Shown here: positions 44,669-53,805 of the stretch, piece after piece
Position numbering within the stretch: position 1 is the stretch's first letter
Layout of the letters: each line of letters starts with the position of its first letter
Sequence record: NC_052658.1
Reading direction: 5' to 3' (one strand)
From: Escherichia phage nepoznato
Length of the DNA stretch: 64,000 nucleotides
Notes under the pieces: model-generated
The model's input: the letters and a program-made list of their open reading frames with translations, nothing else
The model's database searches: none
Told to the model about the DNA's origin: nothing
Position numbers and translations under genes: made by a program

Positions 44669-46822
44669 CTATATATAAAATTTTTGTGTTGTTACTAAAT
44701 CTTCTCCAGATTTAGTGGCTAATGTAATTCCACTTATGGTGGCAATCTCAACATTTACCTGTTTAAGAGTGATATCCTGTAAATAAACGTTCAAAGGCAC
44801 GTTACCCATATAGAAAACTTGGGATTGAGAATTAACTACCGTGATAGAATCATGCATTATTTGAGGATAGGCCCATATATATTGTGTAAGTCCGTCAAAC
44901 TTATTGGCGTTCAACACTATGTTACCTATAATCATCTTCCAAAGATATGTGCGGTAGTTTGATTTAGGATCAAAGCCATACAAAGGTGCAAGAGTAGCAT
45001 CTGGAACAAAACCTGCAAGATAATGTATCTTATCATAACTAAAACCTAATTGTTCATTAGGTATTGTGATAGCGTCAAAAGATTTTTCCATCTTACCTTC
45101 CAACAACCAGTCATAACATTCTGAACAATAAAAGTCGAAGTTTTCTGGGATATAATAATCTTTAGGGAAGTTAACAAACTCCATCATACCGTTACCTAAA
45201 ATGGATGGCACAAATGGTAATAATGTAACTTTAGCTCCAGGATAGGCTAATCTAGTATCTGTTGCAAACTTTGCAACTCTTAATCCTAGTTTACGAGACA
45301 AAAATGCATAGTATTCGTCAAACGGCGTTCCTGTTTTATAATTATCTATTGTTCCTACATCTTGTGCAAATAAACCTGTTTCTGTGTTGAATGCTAGTTT
45401 AGTAGTGTAATCGTATATACAAGGCATTTTACTCGCTGTATTATACCACCACCAAGGCTCACCAATTTGAATGACAACTGGAATATTATTAGCTTGCGAA
45501 ATAGATGCTATTTTATTAATAACATTTTGCAAATATTTCATACCTTCGTCAATAGTTGGAGACAACACATAACTAGGAGGCTCATACCCTGTTGCTGCAA
45601 GAGCATCGTTCCAATCATGCTGGACCCATTCGACAGGACAAACTGTGCTCATCAACTCAAAACTTAAAGAGTTCATTATTGTGTAACCCTTCTCGTTCGC
45701 TACAGAATGGAAACTATTTAGCCAAGCTTCTGTAGCTGGATTCAGGAAGACAGATCTATTTAAAGCCCAAGATGTTCCGTTCCATGAGAACTCATAATAG
45801 TGAGACATTCCATTGTAATGGTTAATCATTCCACGATAACCTAGTGCATATGTATTATAAATAACTCTCTCTGGAGTCAGGTTATACATATCGTCATAAG
45901 ATGTGCACATGCGAATATCATGTTCAGGCTGGACAAGGTTACTGACTTTCATCATACTATAACCAGAAGTAGGTTCAAGAAGAGTGAAAGTAAACCAAGC
46001 CTCTTGACTATCAATAGGCACAATCTCTTCTATTTCTTCATACCTTGCTGTAATCAAAGAGAAGAAAATATTATCTACAGCACTCATGTCCAAAGGAATA
46101 TCATTATTAGGACCAGAGAAGATATTACCAAAATCTAATTTGATTGTAGCTGTTTTACCATCTTCTGAAATATCTGAAGCATAAAATCCTAAACTAACAT
46201 AGTGGACACTTTTATCCAAGAGAGTTACAGTCAAAGTTGGCACCAAAGGTTCTTCTTTAAAACCTGGCATGTTTTGACTAATTTCCATTTTAAACCAAAG
46301 TTTCTCTGAACTTAAATCTGTGTGGGGTAAATACCCAACACCTTTATGGTCATATTTGTCAACTGTGCTCCAGATAACCCCTGCCAAACCTGCTGTTGTT
46401 CTGTTTACAAATCTTGCAGTAAAAGAGTCTCCATGAGATACAATAGAACAACTTTCCGTTGCTTGAGAATCTATTGTCCAATACATAGGAGAGAACATTT
46501 TAACGTCTTTTGTAGTCCAAGTTATTGGAGTAGTATTTTCTTGGATAGTAGTTATAATACAATTGATGGTCGTTTCAACCATCATGTTATTTTGACTAAT
46601 CCCTGAAACTTGGAGGGAGAAGTTAAGATCTATTGAGTTCTTTGGTCGTTCAAATACTTCAACCACAATGGTAGCAGAATCAGCATCATCAGGGAACACA
46701 AGTGTTCCCGATTTTGCTATATAATCTCTACCAGCGACTGCTGTTCCGTCAACAGTCGTGTAGTTAAATGAACTCGCATTTACTCTCTTGTCTCGCGTGA
46801 CAGTAAATATAGCTTGTTTCAT
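44669..46822 (-). CDS. Large tail-associated protein (putative tailspike / receptor-binding protein)
   Basis: 717 aa in the tail fibre cluster; no motif identified. Confidence 0.4.
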   Translation of the reverse strand: MKQAIFTVTRDKRVNASSFNYTTVDGTAVAGRDYIAKSGTLVFPDDADSATIVVEVFERPKNSIDLNFSLQVSGISQNNMMVETTINCIITTIQENTTPITWTTKDVKMFSPMYWTIDSQATESCSIVSHGDSFTARFVNRTTAGLAGVIWSTVDKYDHKGVGYLPHTDLSSEKLWFKMEISQNMPGFKEEPLVPTLTVTLLDKSVHYVSLGFYASDISEDGKTATIKLDFGNIFSGPNNDIPLDMSAVDNIFFSLITARYEEIEEIVPIDSQEAWFTFTLLEPTSGYSMMKVSNLVQPEHDIRMCTSYDDMYNLTPERVIYNTYALGYRGMINHYNGMSHYYEFSWNGTSWALNRSVFLNPATEAWLNSFHSVANEKGYTIMNSLSFELMSTVCPVEWVQHDWNDALAATGYEPPSYVLSPTIDEGMKYLQNVINKIASISQANNIPVVIQIGEPWWWYNTASKMPCIYDYTTKLAFNTETGLFAQDVGTIDNYKTGTPFDEYYAFLSRKLGLRVAKFATDTRLAYPGAKVTLLPFVPSILGNGMMEFVNFPKDYYIPENFDFYCSECYDWLLEGKMEKSFDAITIPNEQLGFSYDKIHYLAGFVPDATLAPLYGFDPKSNYRTYLWKMIIGNIVLNANKFDGLTQYIWAYPQIMHDSITVVNSQSQVFYMGNVPLNVYLQDITLKQVNVEIATISGITLATKSGEDLVTTQKFYI

Positions 46823-46830
46823 TTTACCCC

Positions 46831-49707
46831 TTACTCGGTAACGTCCACACTAATGTTTGCCATTGTCAAAACAGTAAGTGCAGGAATATTGCTCGAATCC
46901 AAAACAGGTAATGCATTTTGGGGATTAAGTTTTTTGTATAAAGCATACAACCCAAAACCACGTAACAACTCTCCAGCGTGGAAGCCAAAGAAGACTCCGT
47001 TATCACTATCTGGTCTAGGAGCGGCACTCCAACAACCATTCATGACGTGATTAGGACCAAGAACAATATAGTTTTCCTGAATAAGTTCAAAACAGCGGTC
47101 TGCTACTATTTTAATGTTAGGAATTTCTGAATCATATCCAGCCATCCCCATTATAGCACATCCCGCCATAAAGAGCGCAGACATGTGACTTGTAAAGTCA
47201 TCTACAGGCGCAGCCACTTCTCCATTGGGATAAAATATTGTTGGTGTTCTTCCTTCGTTGTTATCTTGGAACCATTTCAGATAGTTGATCCAGTTTTTAC
47301 AAACTGTTAAAAGTTTTTCAGGAACTTCGGCTCCTCGTTTTTTCAGTTCGTATACCGTATGACACGCACAGAAGAATGCTCGTGCTTCATAACCATCCCA
47401 AGCTTTATCGTTCCAATGATACATTGTGAACTCATTTTTGTTTCCATATTTATGAGCATCCCAACGATCCCAAACATAAGCTTGTGCCATTGGCCCAGGC
47501 ATTACAGGGGCAAACTTATTATAAAACCACATTTGTGAATCATATAAAAAGTCTATACTGTTGTTCATACGAACCCAGTCAATATCTCTCCCTTTAAAAC
47601 AATATAAGGATGGGTATTGATAACCTGGGTAAGGAATACCACGCCAACCGTCATATAATGCTGTATTAGGATCACTAATATTGGAAAATGGAATGATTCC
47701 TGGAGTATAATTCAAACTGTCAAGTTTGTAGTCCAGTATTGTACAATCTCCAAGTTTTGCTGTATAAGGATTTTCAGATGAAACTGTAACCCTGAAATAC
47801 ATTGTGTAATCATCACCAGTGGCTGAAGAATACAAAGATGGGATATCGTTAACGCAATAAAAATCGATTGCCCCTGTCAAGCCATTTGCAGGTTCAGAAT
47901 CCAATGCAATATTGATCTGATCAACAGCAGTCAGGTTTATTGACGAAGGTTTTGCCTCTGTGTCTTCGTGATTAGGTTGCCAAGTACTTAATTTGAAATC
48001 GGCAGGACTTAAAGCTTTAGTAACCCATGCAGAATTTGTTTTTTCTAACATGGCCCACCATCTCCAACCTGCGGAATCCGTAATAGTGATGTTAAAATCA
48101 TCTGTGTATGAACGATACGTAATAGATTTTAAATTGGCTGTTTTAGTTGGTGTTAACCAAAACCCAACAGTAAAACCACCATCTGAATCCATATTAGCAG
48201 AAACTATCTGATCACTATTTGTCCCAGCAATACCAGTTGCATATTTATATTGTATCACAGTATTGCTTCCCCAGTCAACAATAATTCTGGGTTCAGCAAT
48301 AATATATACACCACCTCCAGGAGGTTCGGTGCGCATAAAACTAGATAAAGGTATATCCATCTTAGTCATATTAGCTGCACCAAGAGGTAAGCCACAACGA
48401 TATGTCACTGTGTCTGTTTCACTCTTAGTTTTGCTTAATTCTAGCTCTGGACGGAAAAGAACACCTTCCCCTGCATCATCTACACCTTGAAACTCAATAC
48501 GCAGTTTTGAATTCTGATCTACTCTGAACCAAACTGCCTGTTGTTCTAGAGTTGTTTGTGCTGAAACATCTTGGCGAATTACTGTGTATCCTAATTCGTC
48601 ACGAGAATATTTAGGTATTGCTGTAGATGGGTATGAGTAATCATACGAGATACCATCTGTAAAAGGAATTATTGCTGTCGTAGATCTACGGAAGAATTTA
48701 TCAAACATATCGATGTTTGAGTAGTCTTGACACAACAATAAAGAAGATTGCCAGCAAAGCCAGTATTTTCTCTCTCCTGTGATCTGATACATCAAGTAGT
48801 TTGCATCACACCACCACGTTTCAGCATCGGAAGCATTATCTTGATAACCTAACTCTACCGGAACGTTTACAGGACGGTTATGCCACATCTCATTACGTTT
48901 AAGTAGATACCCACCGTGTTCTACAGGGTTGCATGTAGCGTAGTTGAATTTATAGTCACCGTTCACAGAAGCGTTTTTAAGTTGCACTGTTCCATATTCT
49001 GCAAAGCTATGACCAGTAGATAAAATGTTACCATCCCAATCAACTTTACGTCCTAGACGGTCTATAATCCATTCAACGTCCCACTGATCTCCATATTCTT
49101 TCCAGTTGGTTGAACCATCTGGGTTAGTTGCATACACTGTTGCGTTAACAGAGTTCCAACCAAGATTACCATTGAAAGCAAACCAAGCTTTATCTAAGTA
49201 TTCTCCCCAGTGTGGCGCACCTTTAGGAATAACAGTCCTTCCGTTAATCCAAGTCATCATGCTACCTTTGAACCCACCGTGCGTAGGATACCCATCATCT
49301 GTGAGAGGGTAATGTGCTAAACGTGGTTCTTTACCATTGATGATCCAGTTGGGACGATATTTAGCCGGAGGATCAGGAATAGGTTGGCCCCCGAAGAAGT
49401 GATCTATATAGGCTTGCCAATACTTCTCGGCAGATTCAAGATATTTTTTATCCCCTGTAGCCAAATATGCATAAGCAAAACCAGTGATAAGCACAGATTG
49501 ACCTTCGGTAGTAGCGTCACCGTTTGGTTGCCCTTCCTGCGCTGTCCAGTTAATAAAGTGTCTGTTGTTCGCCAATACGTTTTGTGGGTTGATAATGTAA
49601 TGCTGAACCGTAGGATCTATGGTAAGCCCAGTATTTCTTTCCAAAAACTGAACCAACCCTTCAATCAACTGAAACGTGTTGTCAATATTGTGCTTAACTC
49701 TTGACAT
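46831..49707 (-). CDS. Large tail-associated protein (putative glycan-degrading enzyme)
   Basis: 958 aa; Trp/Tyr-rich C-terminal half suggestive of a carbohydrate-active fold; position in the tail cluster. Confidence 0.4.
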   Translation of the reverse strand: MSRVKHNIDNTFQLIEGLVQFLERNTGLTIDPTVQHYIINPQNVLANNRHFINWTAQEGQPNGDATTEGQSVLITGFAYAYLATGDKKYLESAEKYWQAYIDHFFGGQPIPDPPAKYRPNWIINGKEPRLAHYPLTDDGYPTHGGFKGSMMTWINGRTVIPKGAPHWGEYLDKAWFAFNGNLGWNSVNATVYATNPDGSTNWKEYGDQWDVEWIIDRLGRKVDWDGNILSTGHSFAEYGTVQLKNASVNGDYKFNYATCNPVEHGGYLLKRNEMWHNRPVNVPVELGYQDNASDAETWWCDANYLMYQITGERKYWLCWQSSLLLCQDYSNIDMFDKFFRRSTTAIIPFTDGISYDYSYPSTAIPKYSRDELGYTVIRQDVSAQTTLEQQAVWFRVDQNSKLRIEFQGVDDAGEGVLFRPELELSKTKSETDTVTYRCGLPLGAANMTKMDIPLSSFMRTEPPGGGVYIIAEPRIIVDWGSNTVIQYKYATGIAGTNSDQIVSANMDSDGGFTVGFWLTPTKTANLKSITYRSYTDDFNITITDSAGWRWWAMLEKTNSAWVTKALSPADFKLSTWQPNHEDTEAKPSSINLTAVDQINIALDSEPANGLTGAIDFYCVNDIPSLYSSATGDDYTMYFRVTVSSENPYTAKLGDCTILDYKLDSLNYTPGIIPFSNISDPNTALYDGWRGIPYPGYQYPSLYCFKGRDIDWVRMNNSIDFLYDSQMWFYNKFAPVMPGPMAQAYVWDRWDAHKYGNKNEFTMYHWNDKAWDGYEARAFFCACHTVYELKKRGAEVPEKLLTVCKNWINYLKWFQDNNEGRTPTIFYPNGEVAAPVDDFTSHMSALFMAGCAIMGMAGYDSEIPNIKIVADRCFELIQENYIVLGPNHVMNGCWSAAPRPDSDNGVFFGFHAGELLRGFGLYALYKKLNPQNALPVLDSSNIPALTVLTMANISVDVTE

Positions 49708-50180
49708 TAAATAACTCCTGCTAAAACTAAGCTACCTGTCCAAGTTGCTCCATTATCATAACTGATAAACTCAAAAGTGTCTGTTGCACCTTGACGATAA
49801 CTCAAAACTGGGGAACGACCAAAACTCCATTTTACAGAAGAAGGCCATACGACTTTATTTGCACCACTTCCTTGACGCAAAGCTAAAGTAAAGTTTAAAA
49901 CTGCATTTGTTGCTACTGGAATATTAGTAAAACTAATTGTGCACGTTGCAGAAGATAAAGTTGCTGAAAAATATTCTGCCGAACTAATATCTAATGCCAA
50001 GGTGCTAGTTACTGTTCCCCGTGCATTCAGACGGTTTCTAGTTACCCCTGCACCACTCAACAGCACTTTCAAAGAAGTTTTCTTTGTTATTCCAGCCTGA
50101 TCTGTTACAAAGAAATCTGTATCAGACACAGAGGTTGTTTGTGTAAGATCAGAAATTTTGATCGTAGTTAAATCTGCCAT
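49707..50180 (-). CDS. Tail/baseplate protein
   Basis: 157 aa; translationally coupled to flanking baseplate genes. Confidence 0.4.
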   Translation of the reverse strand: MADLTTIKISDLTQTTSVSDTDFFVTDQAGITKKTSLKVLLSGAGVTRNRLNARGTVTSTLALDISSAEYFSATLSSATCTISFTNIPVATNAVLNFTLALRQGSGANKVVWPSSVKWSFGRSPVLSYRQGATDTFEFISYDNGATWTGSLVLAGVI

Positions 50181-50806
50181 TACTCTTCTACTCCTGTCAT
50201 AGCTGTTATACCGAAATTATTGTTTGTAGCTAATGCATCACCTTTTTCGTTAACCATGATTCTTTCCACTGCTGACTCTGTAGACCATTCATTCCACCAA
50301 GTAGAGTAGGTATCACGTGGCAAACCAACAAAGTTGATAAAGCGATAAAGTCTATTCGAATTCTCAACAATACTGTAAGCTTCACAAATGATCGCTGCAT
50401 TGTCTTCACCAGCTTCAGGGTAAATAAACTCTTCAGAAGGTTGAGTATTGAATATAGATGTTACTGTATCTGCTCCAACTGTGACCATAACTGTCATTGA
50501 GTAATAACGTTGATCCATGTCATAAGCAGATTTATAACTGTTTATTGTATCTATGTAAACGTTTTTGGCAATCTCCGCTAAAAATATTCTGTCTACAATA
50601 TCTTTCTTTCTAGCAACACCAATAATCTCTTGTAAGTAAGGAACACCGAAGTTAGTATTTAAAAACCACTCTCCACGATACGTGTTCAGAGTTATCCCAA
50701 GAGTTTGTGCTGCAATTTCTGTTCTGGTTGTGGTGAGGACCAAATCCCCATCGTCCATGATGAGGTCGTTGTTTGGTCCAAGCTTTAAGTCAAAAGGGAT
50801 TCCCAT
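50180..50806 (-). CDS. Baseplate protein
   Basis: 208 aa; position next to the spike gene. Confidence 0.4.
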   Translation of the reverse strand: MGIPFDLKLGPNNDLIMDDGDLVLTTTRTEIAAQTLGITLNTYRGEWFLNTNFGVPYLQEIIGVARKKDIVDRIFLAEIAKNVYIDTINSYKSAYDMDQRYYSMTVMVTVGADTVTSIFNTQPSEEFIYPEAGEDNAAIICEAYSIVENSNRLYRFINFVGLPRDTYSTWWNEWSTESAVERIMVNEKGDALATNNNFGITAMTGVEE

Positions 50807-50807
50807 G

Positions 50808-51542
50808 TTAGGCTCCTGTTGGTTTTAAGGACTCGGCACTTGAGCTACCGCTCTGAATGTTACGAACCGTGTGCGTGTGAGTATGGAATCCGATGCCATT
50901 ACCATCTGTCATCAAACCGTTCTGATCTATTTTAAGACCATTAATATCTGCTACGCCGCCTTTGAAAGTTAAATTACCACCTTTTAGATCCAAAGTCCCT
51001 GTGCCATCTGTAATAGTAATACCAGAGGTAGTAATATCTATTTTCATCCCTTGACTATTCCATATTGAAATATTACCTGTAGGGTCGAAAGAAGCGTACG
51101 TGTTTTTGTTATTAGAAATAACTACCTTTTCAGAATCTACAGCTTCTGTTGAATCTGTTCCTGTAGCTATTTTGGGAATAAAACAAATAGGGTATAATCC
51201 ACAAGGCTGCATAAAAGTGGATGATGAAGAGGTTTCCCCACTAGTTTGCAGTGCATTAGAAGGATCTCTTTCAGAAAATATAACAGTTCCTAAATCGCCA
51301 GCTTTAATAGGGAATGAGATTCTTCCTGTCCCACCACCATTAACCATAAAAGGAACATCTTCAAAAGTAGGGTAATCTATTTCATCTTCGCTAGATCGTG
51401 TGTTTTTAACAATAGATTCTAAGGTGACAGTCTTAGCACCATAATTAACGCCAGTCACACGGACTGGCAGGGCTGTATGGACTTCTGCTAATTGTTCTGT
51501 CATTAAGCCACGCATTGCTGTGACAAAATTCAATGCATCCAT
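50808..51542 (-). CDS. Baseplate central spike (P2 gpV-like)
   Basis: C-terminal beta-helix with HTHTHT motif (GIGFHTHTHTVRN), as in metal-binding spike tips of gpV-type proteins. Confidence 0.55.
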   Translation of the reverse strand: MDALNFVTAMRGLMTEQLAEVHTALPVRVTGVNYGAKTVTLESIVKNTRSSEDEIDYPTFEDVPFMVNGGGTGRISFPIKAGDLGTVIFSERDPSNALQTSGETSSSSTFMQPCGLYPICFIPKIATGTDSTEAVDSEKVVISNNKNTYASFDPTGNISIWNSQGMKIDITTSGITITDGTGTLDLKGGNLTFKGGVADINGLKIDQNGLMTDGNGIGFHTHTHTVRNIQSGSSSAESLKPTGA

Positions 51543-52552
51543 TATTTCTCCTTAGTCATTATTTCAGACACGGATACACACTCCACTTCAGTAACCCACT
51601 CTTTACCCTCTTTATCACCATTGTGAGAAACAGAAACAACTTTAAACGGACCATCATAATCTCGGCTTTTTAACCAGATTGTTTTTTCTGGTAATATTGC
51701 ACCATTCATTTGGCATTTGAATTTAACACCGTCTGTAGGTTTCTTTGCCTTCTTAGAGGACTTGGTAACTTTTTTAGTAGGTTTTATATCGTTGTGGAAT
51801 GGTTCTGGACTTCCTATCAGACCAGTTTCAGGGCTAATATAGGCGCTACGTGCACTAGACATTTGTGAACGAGGAGTGACATAAACAGATCCATCTTGTA
51901 TTGATACATTGTGATCAATACTTTTACAAATATGTTCTAGGTAATGTGAAGTGTTTCCACACATAGCTGTTGCTGAAGATAAGGTTTGATCATTATCTAC
52001 GTGTATATTACCTTCTGTAGTTCCTAAATCCTTTACCAAATCTGTCACAACACGTTTGATTTTAGTTCCTTTTGGATAACTGCGACTTGTTCTTGCTTCT
52101 GCAATGTTAATCCCGCCATCCAAACAGTGTAAAGTGGTTTTCCTGTCTACCGAGTCAAAAGTATCACTAACCCACTGGATAGTTCCTTTGAAGACCATAA
52201 CCAACTCTTCACCTTCGTATCCTACCGCTAAAGCAACAGCCAAGTTATTTCGGATACCACGGTTTATATAGTTAACAGTATCATCCGAAAGGTTATAAAC
52301 TACAATCTCTGCTTGGTTAGGATCTTTGTTATTATCTTTCTTAATACTGAAGGTTATTTGATGGTCTTGCAACAAATACAAATTAGAAGAGGATTTTTCT
52401 GTTGTCCCTAACTTGGTATCCAAATCTACTGTAGATTTAAATGCCGAGTTCTTAGTTCTCTTCTGTATTGTGTTTGTGGCAGAACCAATTAATAATTTGT
52501 ATGCCCTGTTTAAATTAGGGGCAGGAGCTTTTGTATACTCTCTTTCTGCCAT
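51542..52552 (-). CDS. Tail protein (hub / gpD-like position)
   Basis: 336 aa; positional inference. Confidence 0.4.
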   Translation of the reverse strand: MAEREYTKAPAPNLNRAYKLLIGSATNTIQKRTKNSAFKSTVDLDTKLGTTEKSSSNLYLLQDHQITFSIKKDNNKDPNQAEIVVYNLSDDTVNYINRGIRNNLAVALAVGYEGEELVMVFKGTIQWVSDTFDSVDRKTTLHCLDGGINIAEARTSRSYPKGTKIKRVVTDLVKDLGTTEGNIHVDNDQTLSSATAMCGNTSHYLEHICKSIDHNVSIQDGSVYVTPRSQMSSARSAYISPETGLIGSPEPFHNDIKPTKKVTKSSKKAKKPTDGVKFKCQMNGAILPEKTIWLKSRDYDGPFKVVSVSHNGDKEGKEWVTEVECVSVSEIMTKEK

Positions 52553-52561
52553 ATTATCTCC

Positions 52562-52975
52562 TTACGCCTGATTAGGTTTGTTATCAATATAAACCAATAC
52601 AAAACGTTTATCTCGACCTGTAGTTGTATACCCAGGACGACCATTAATCTTAACTGTATCTACTATATACAATTGACCATCTGGCACACTTTCAAGATAT
52701 TTATAAGGTTTAAGAAGATCTAAACCATTTGTAACTTTGAAACTTATACTTGGGTCATCTCCAGATAATCCAATCTGACATTGCCAAGACTCGTCCCTAG
52801 TGTTCCACCTTAAACGAATGTCATAATCAACTCCATCTAATGTAACTGTATATGTTTGATCAGGATACTCTTCAGTTTTCAGGTACCATGCAAAATAAGT
52901 AGAATGGTCCTCTAGATAAACTGCACTGTAGCCTGTATTACTTGTAGACCTTGTTGTTTTAGAATAAGTTGTCAC
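52562..52975 (-). CDS. Tail protein
   Basis: 137 aa; positional inference. Confidence 0.4.
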   Translation of the reverse strand: MTTYSKTTRSTSNTGYSAVYLEDHSTYFAWYLKTEEYPDQTYTVTLDGVDYDIRLRWNTRDESWQCQIGLSGDDPSISFKVTNGLDLLKPYKYLESVPDGQLYIVDTVKINGRPGYTTTGRDKRFVLVYIDNKPNQA

Positions 52976-52977
52976 TA

Positions 52978-53679
52978 TTAACCTCCGTTGTTTGTTGGGG
53001 TATTAGTAGCTTCAGCAGTTCTTACTGTAATATCTGACTTAGGACCATTCGAAGCAACTCGACCTTTCACATCACCACCAGTCGATTTATTTGGTGCTGT
53101 TTTTACAGCAATAGCATTAGTAGTGGCCTTAGAAACGAGACGGATTTGTTCAAACTCTAAATCAAATTGCATAGCAAATTCAGATTTATAATCATAAGAG
53201 TAGCCTTTGAGAATAACATTTTCAAAAGTCCTGTGTTCTGTCAAAAGAACTATTGGTTGTCTTGACTCAAATATTTGATCTAGATATTCTATTGCTTGAG
53301 AAATCCTTGCCCCATTTACACCTGCACTGTATAATTGATCTCGCATAAGCCGAATTGGTGTTTCGGTAATTATACCTGAAAGTTTAAATCTGTTGTTTTT
53401 TATTTGAACGTGGTCACTTACATCCGATCCTGATTCTACTGGAAAACTTGTAACATCTGCCTCACGAGTTACACCTACTTCAGGGACCGAATCGAAAGTA
53501 ATTGCTTTAAAGTTTTGAATGTATTGATCACTTGAACTATTATAAACACTTGCTAAAATGCAGAAACCATTATCACCCTTTACAGTAGATGCCGAGGTAT
53601 TTTTATTCTCGGTAGAGTTGATTTCCTGTTCTGCCTTATAGACGGCTCTCACCGACTGTTGTGGAGTCATTGCTGCCAT
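52978..53679 (-). CDS. Tail protein (gpU-like position)
   Basis: 233 aa; directly downstream of the tape measure gene. Confidence 0.4.
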   Translation of the reverse strand: MAAMTPQQSVRAVYKAEQEINSTENKNTSASTVKGDNGFCILASVYNSSSDQYIQNFKAITFDSVPEVGVTREADVTSFPVESGSDVSDHVQIKNNRFKLSGIITETPIRLMRDQLYSAGVNGARISQAIEYLDQIFESRQPIVLLTEHRTFENVILKGYSYDYKSEFAMQFDLEFEQIRLVSKATTNAIAVKTAPNKSTGGDVKGRVASNGPKSDITVRTAEATNTPTNNGG

Positions 53680-53774
53680 GATAACCTCGTAGTAATGATA
53701 ATGCCAAAAGGAAGATGCAAGATCTTCCCATATTGATTATTGTAACACATATAGAAACTTCGTGTCAAGGGAAA

Positions 53775-53798
53775 CGAAAAAACCCCGCCGAAGCGAGG
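53775..53798 (-). terminator. Rho-independent terminator (minus strand) after the tape measure gene
   Basis: Minus-strand hairpin CCTCGC-TTCG-GCGGGG followed by TTTTTT. Confidence 0.6.
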
Positions 53799-53805
53799 TA
53801 TTTTA

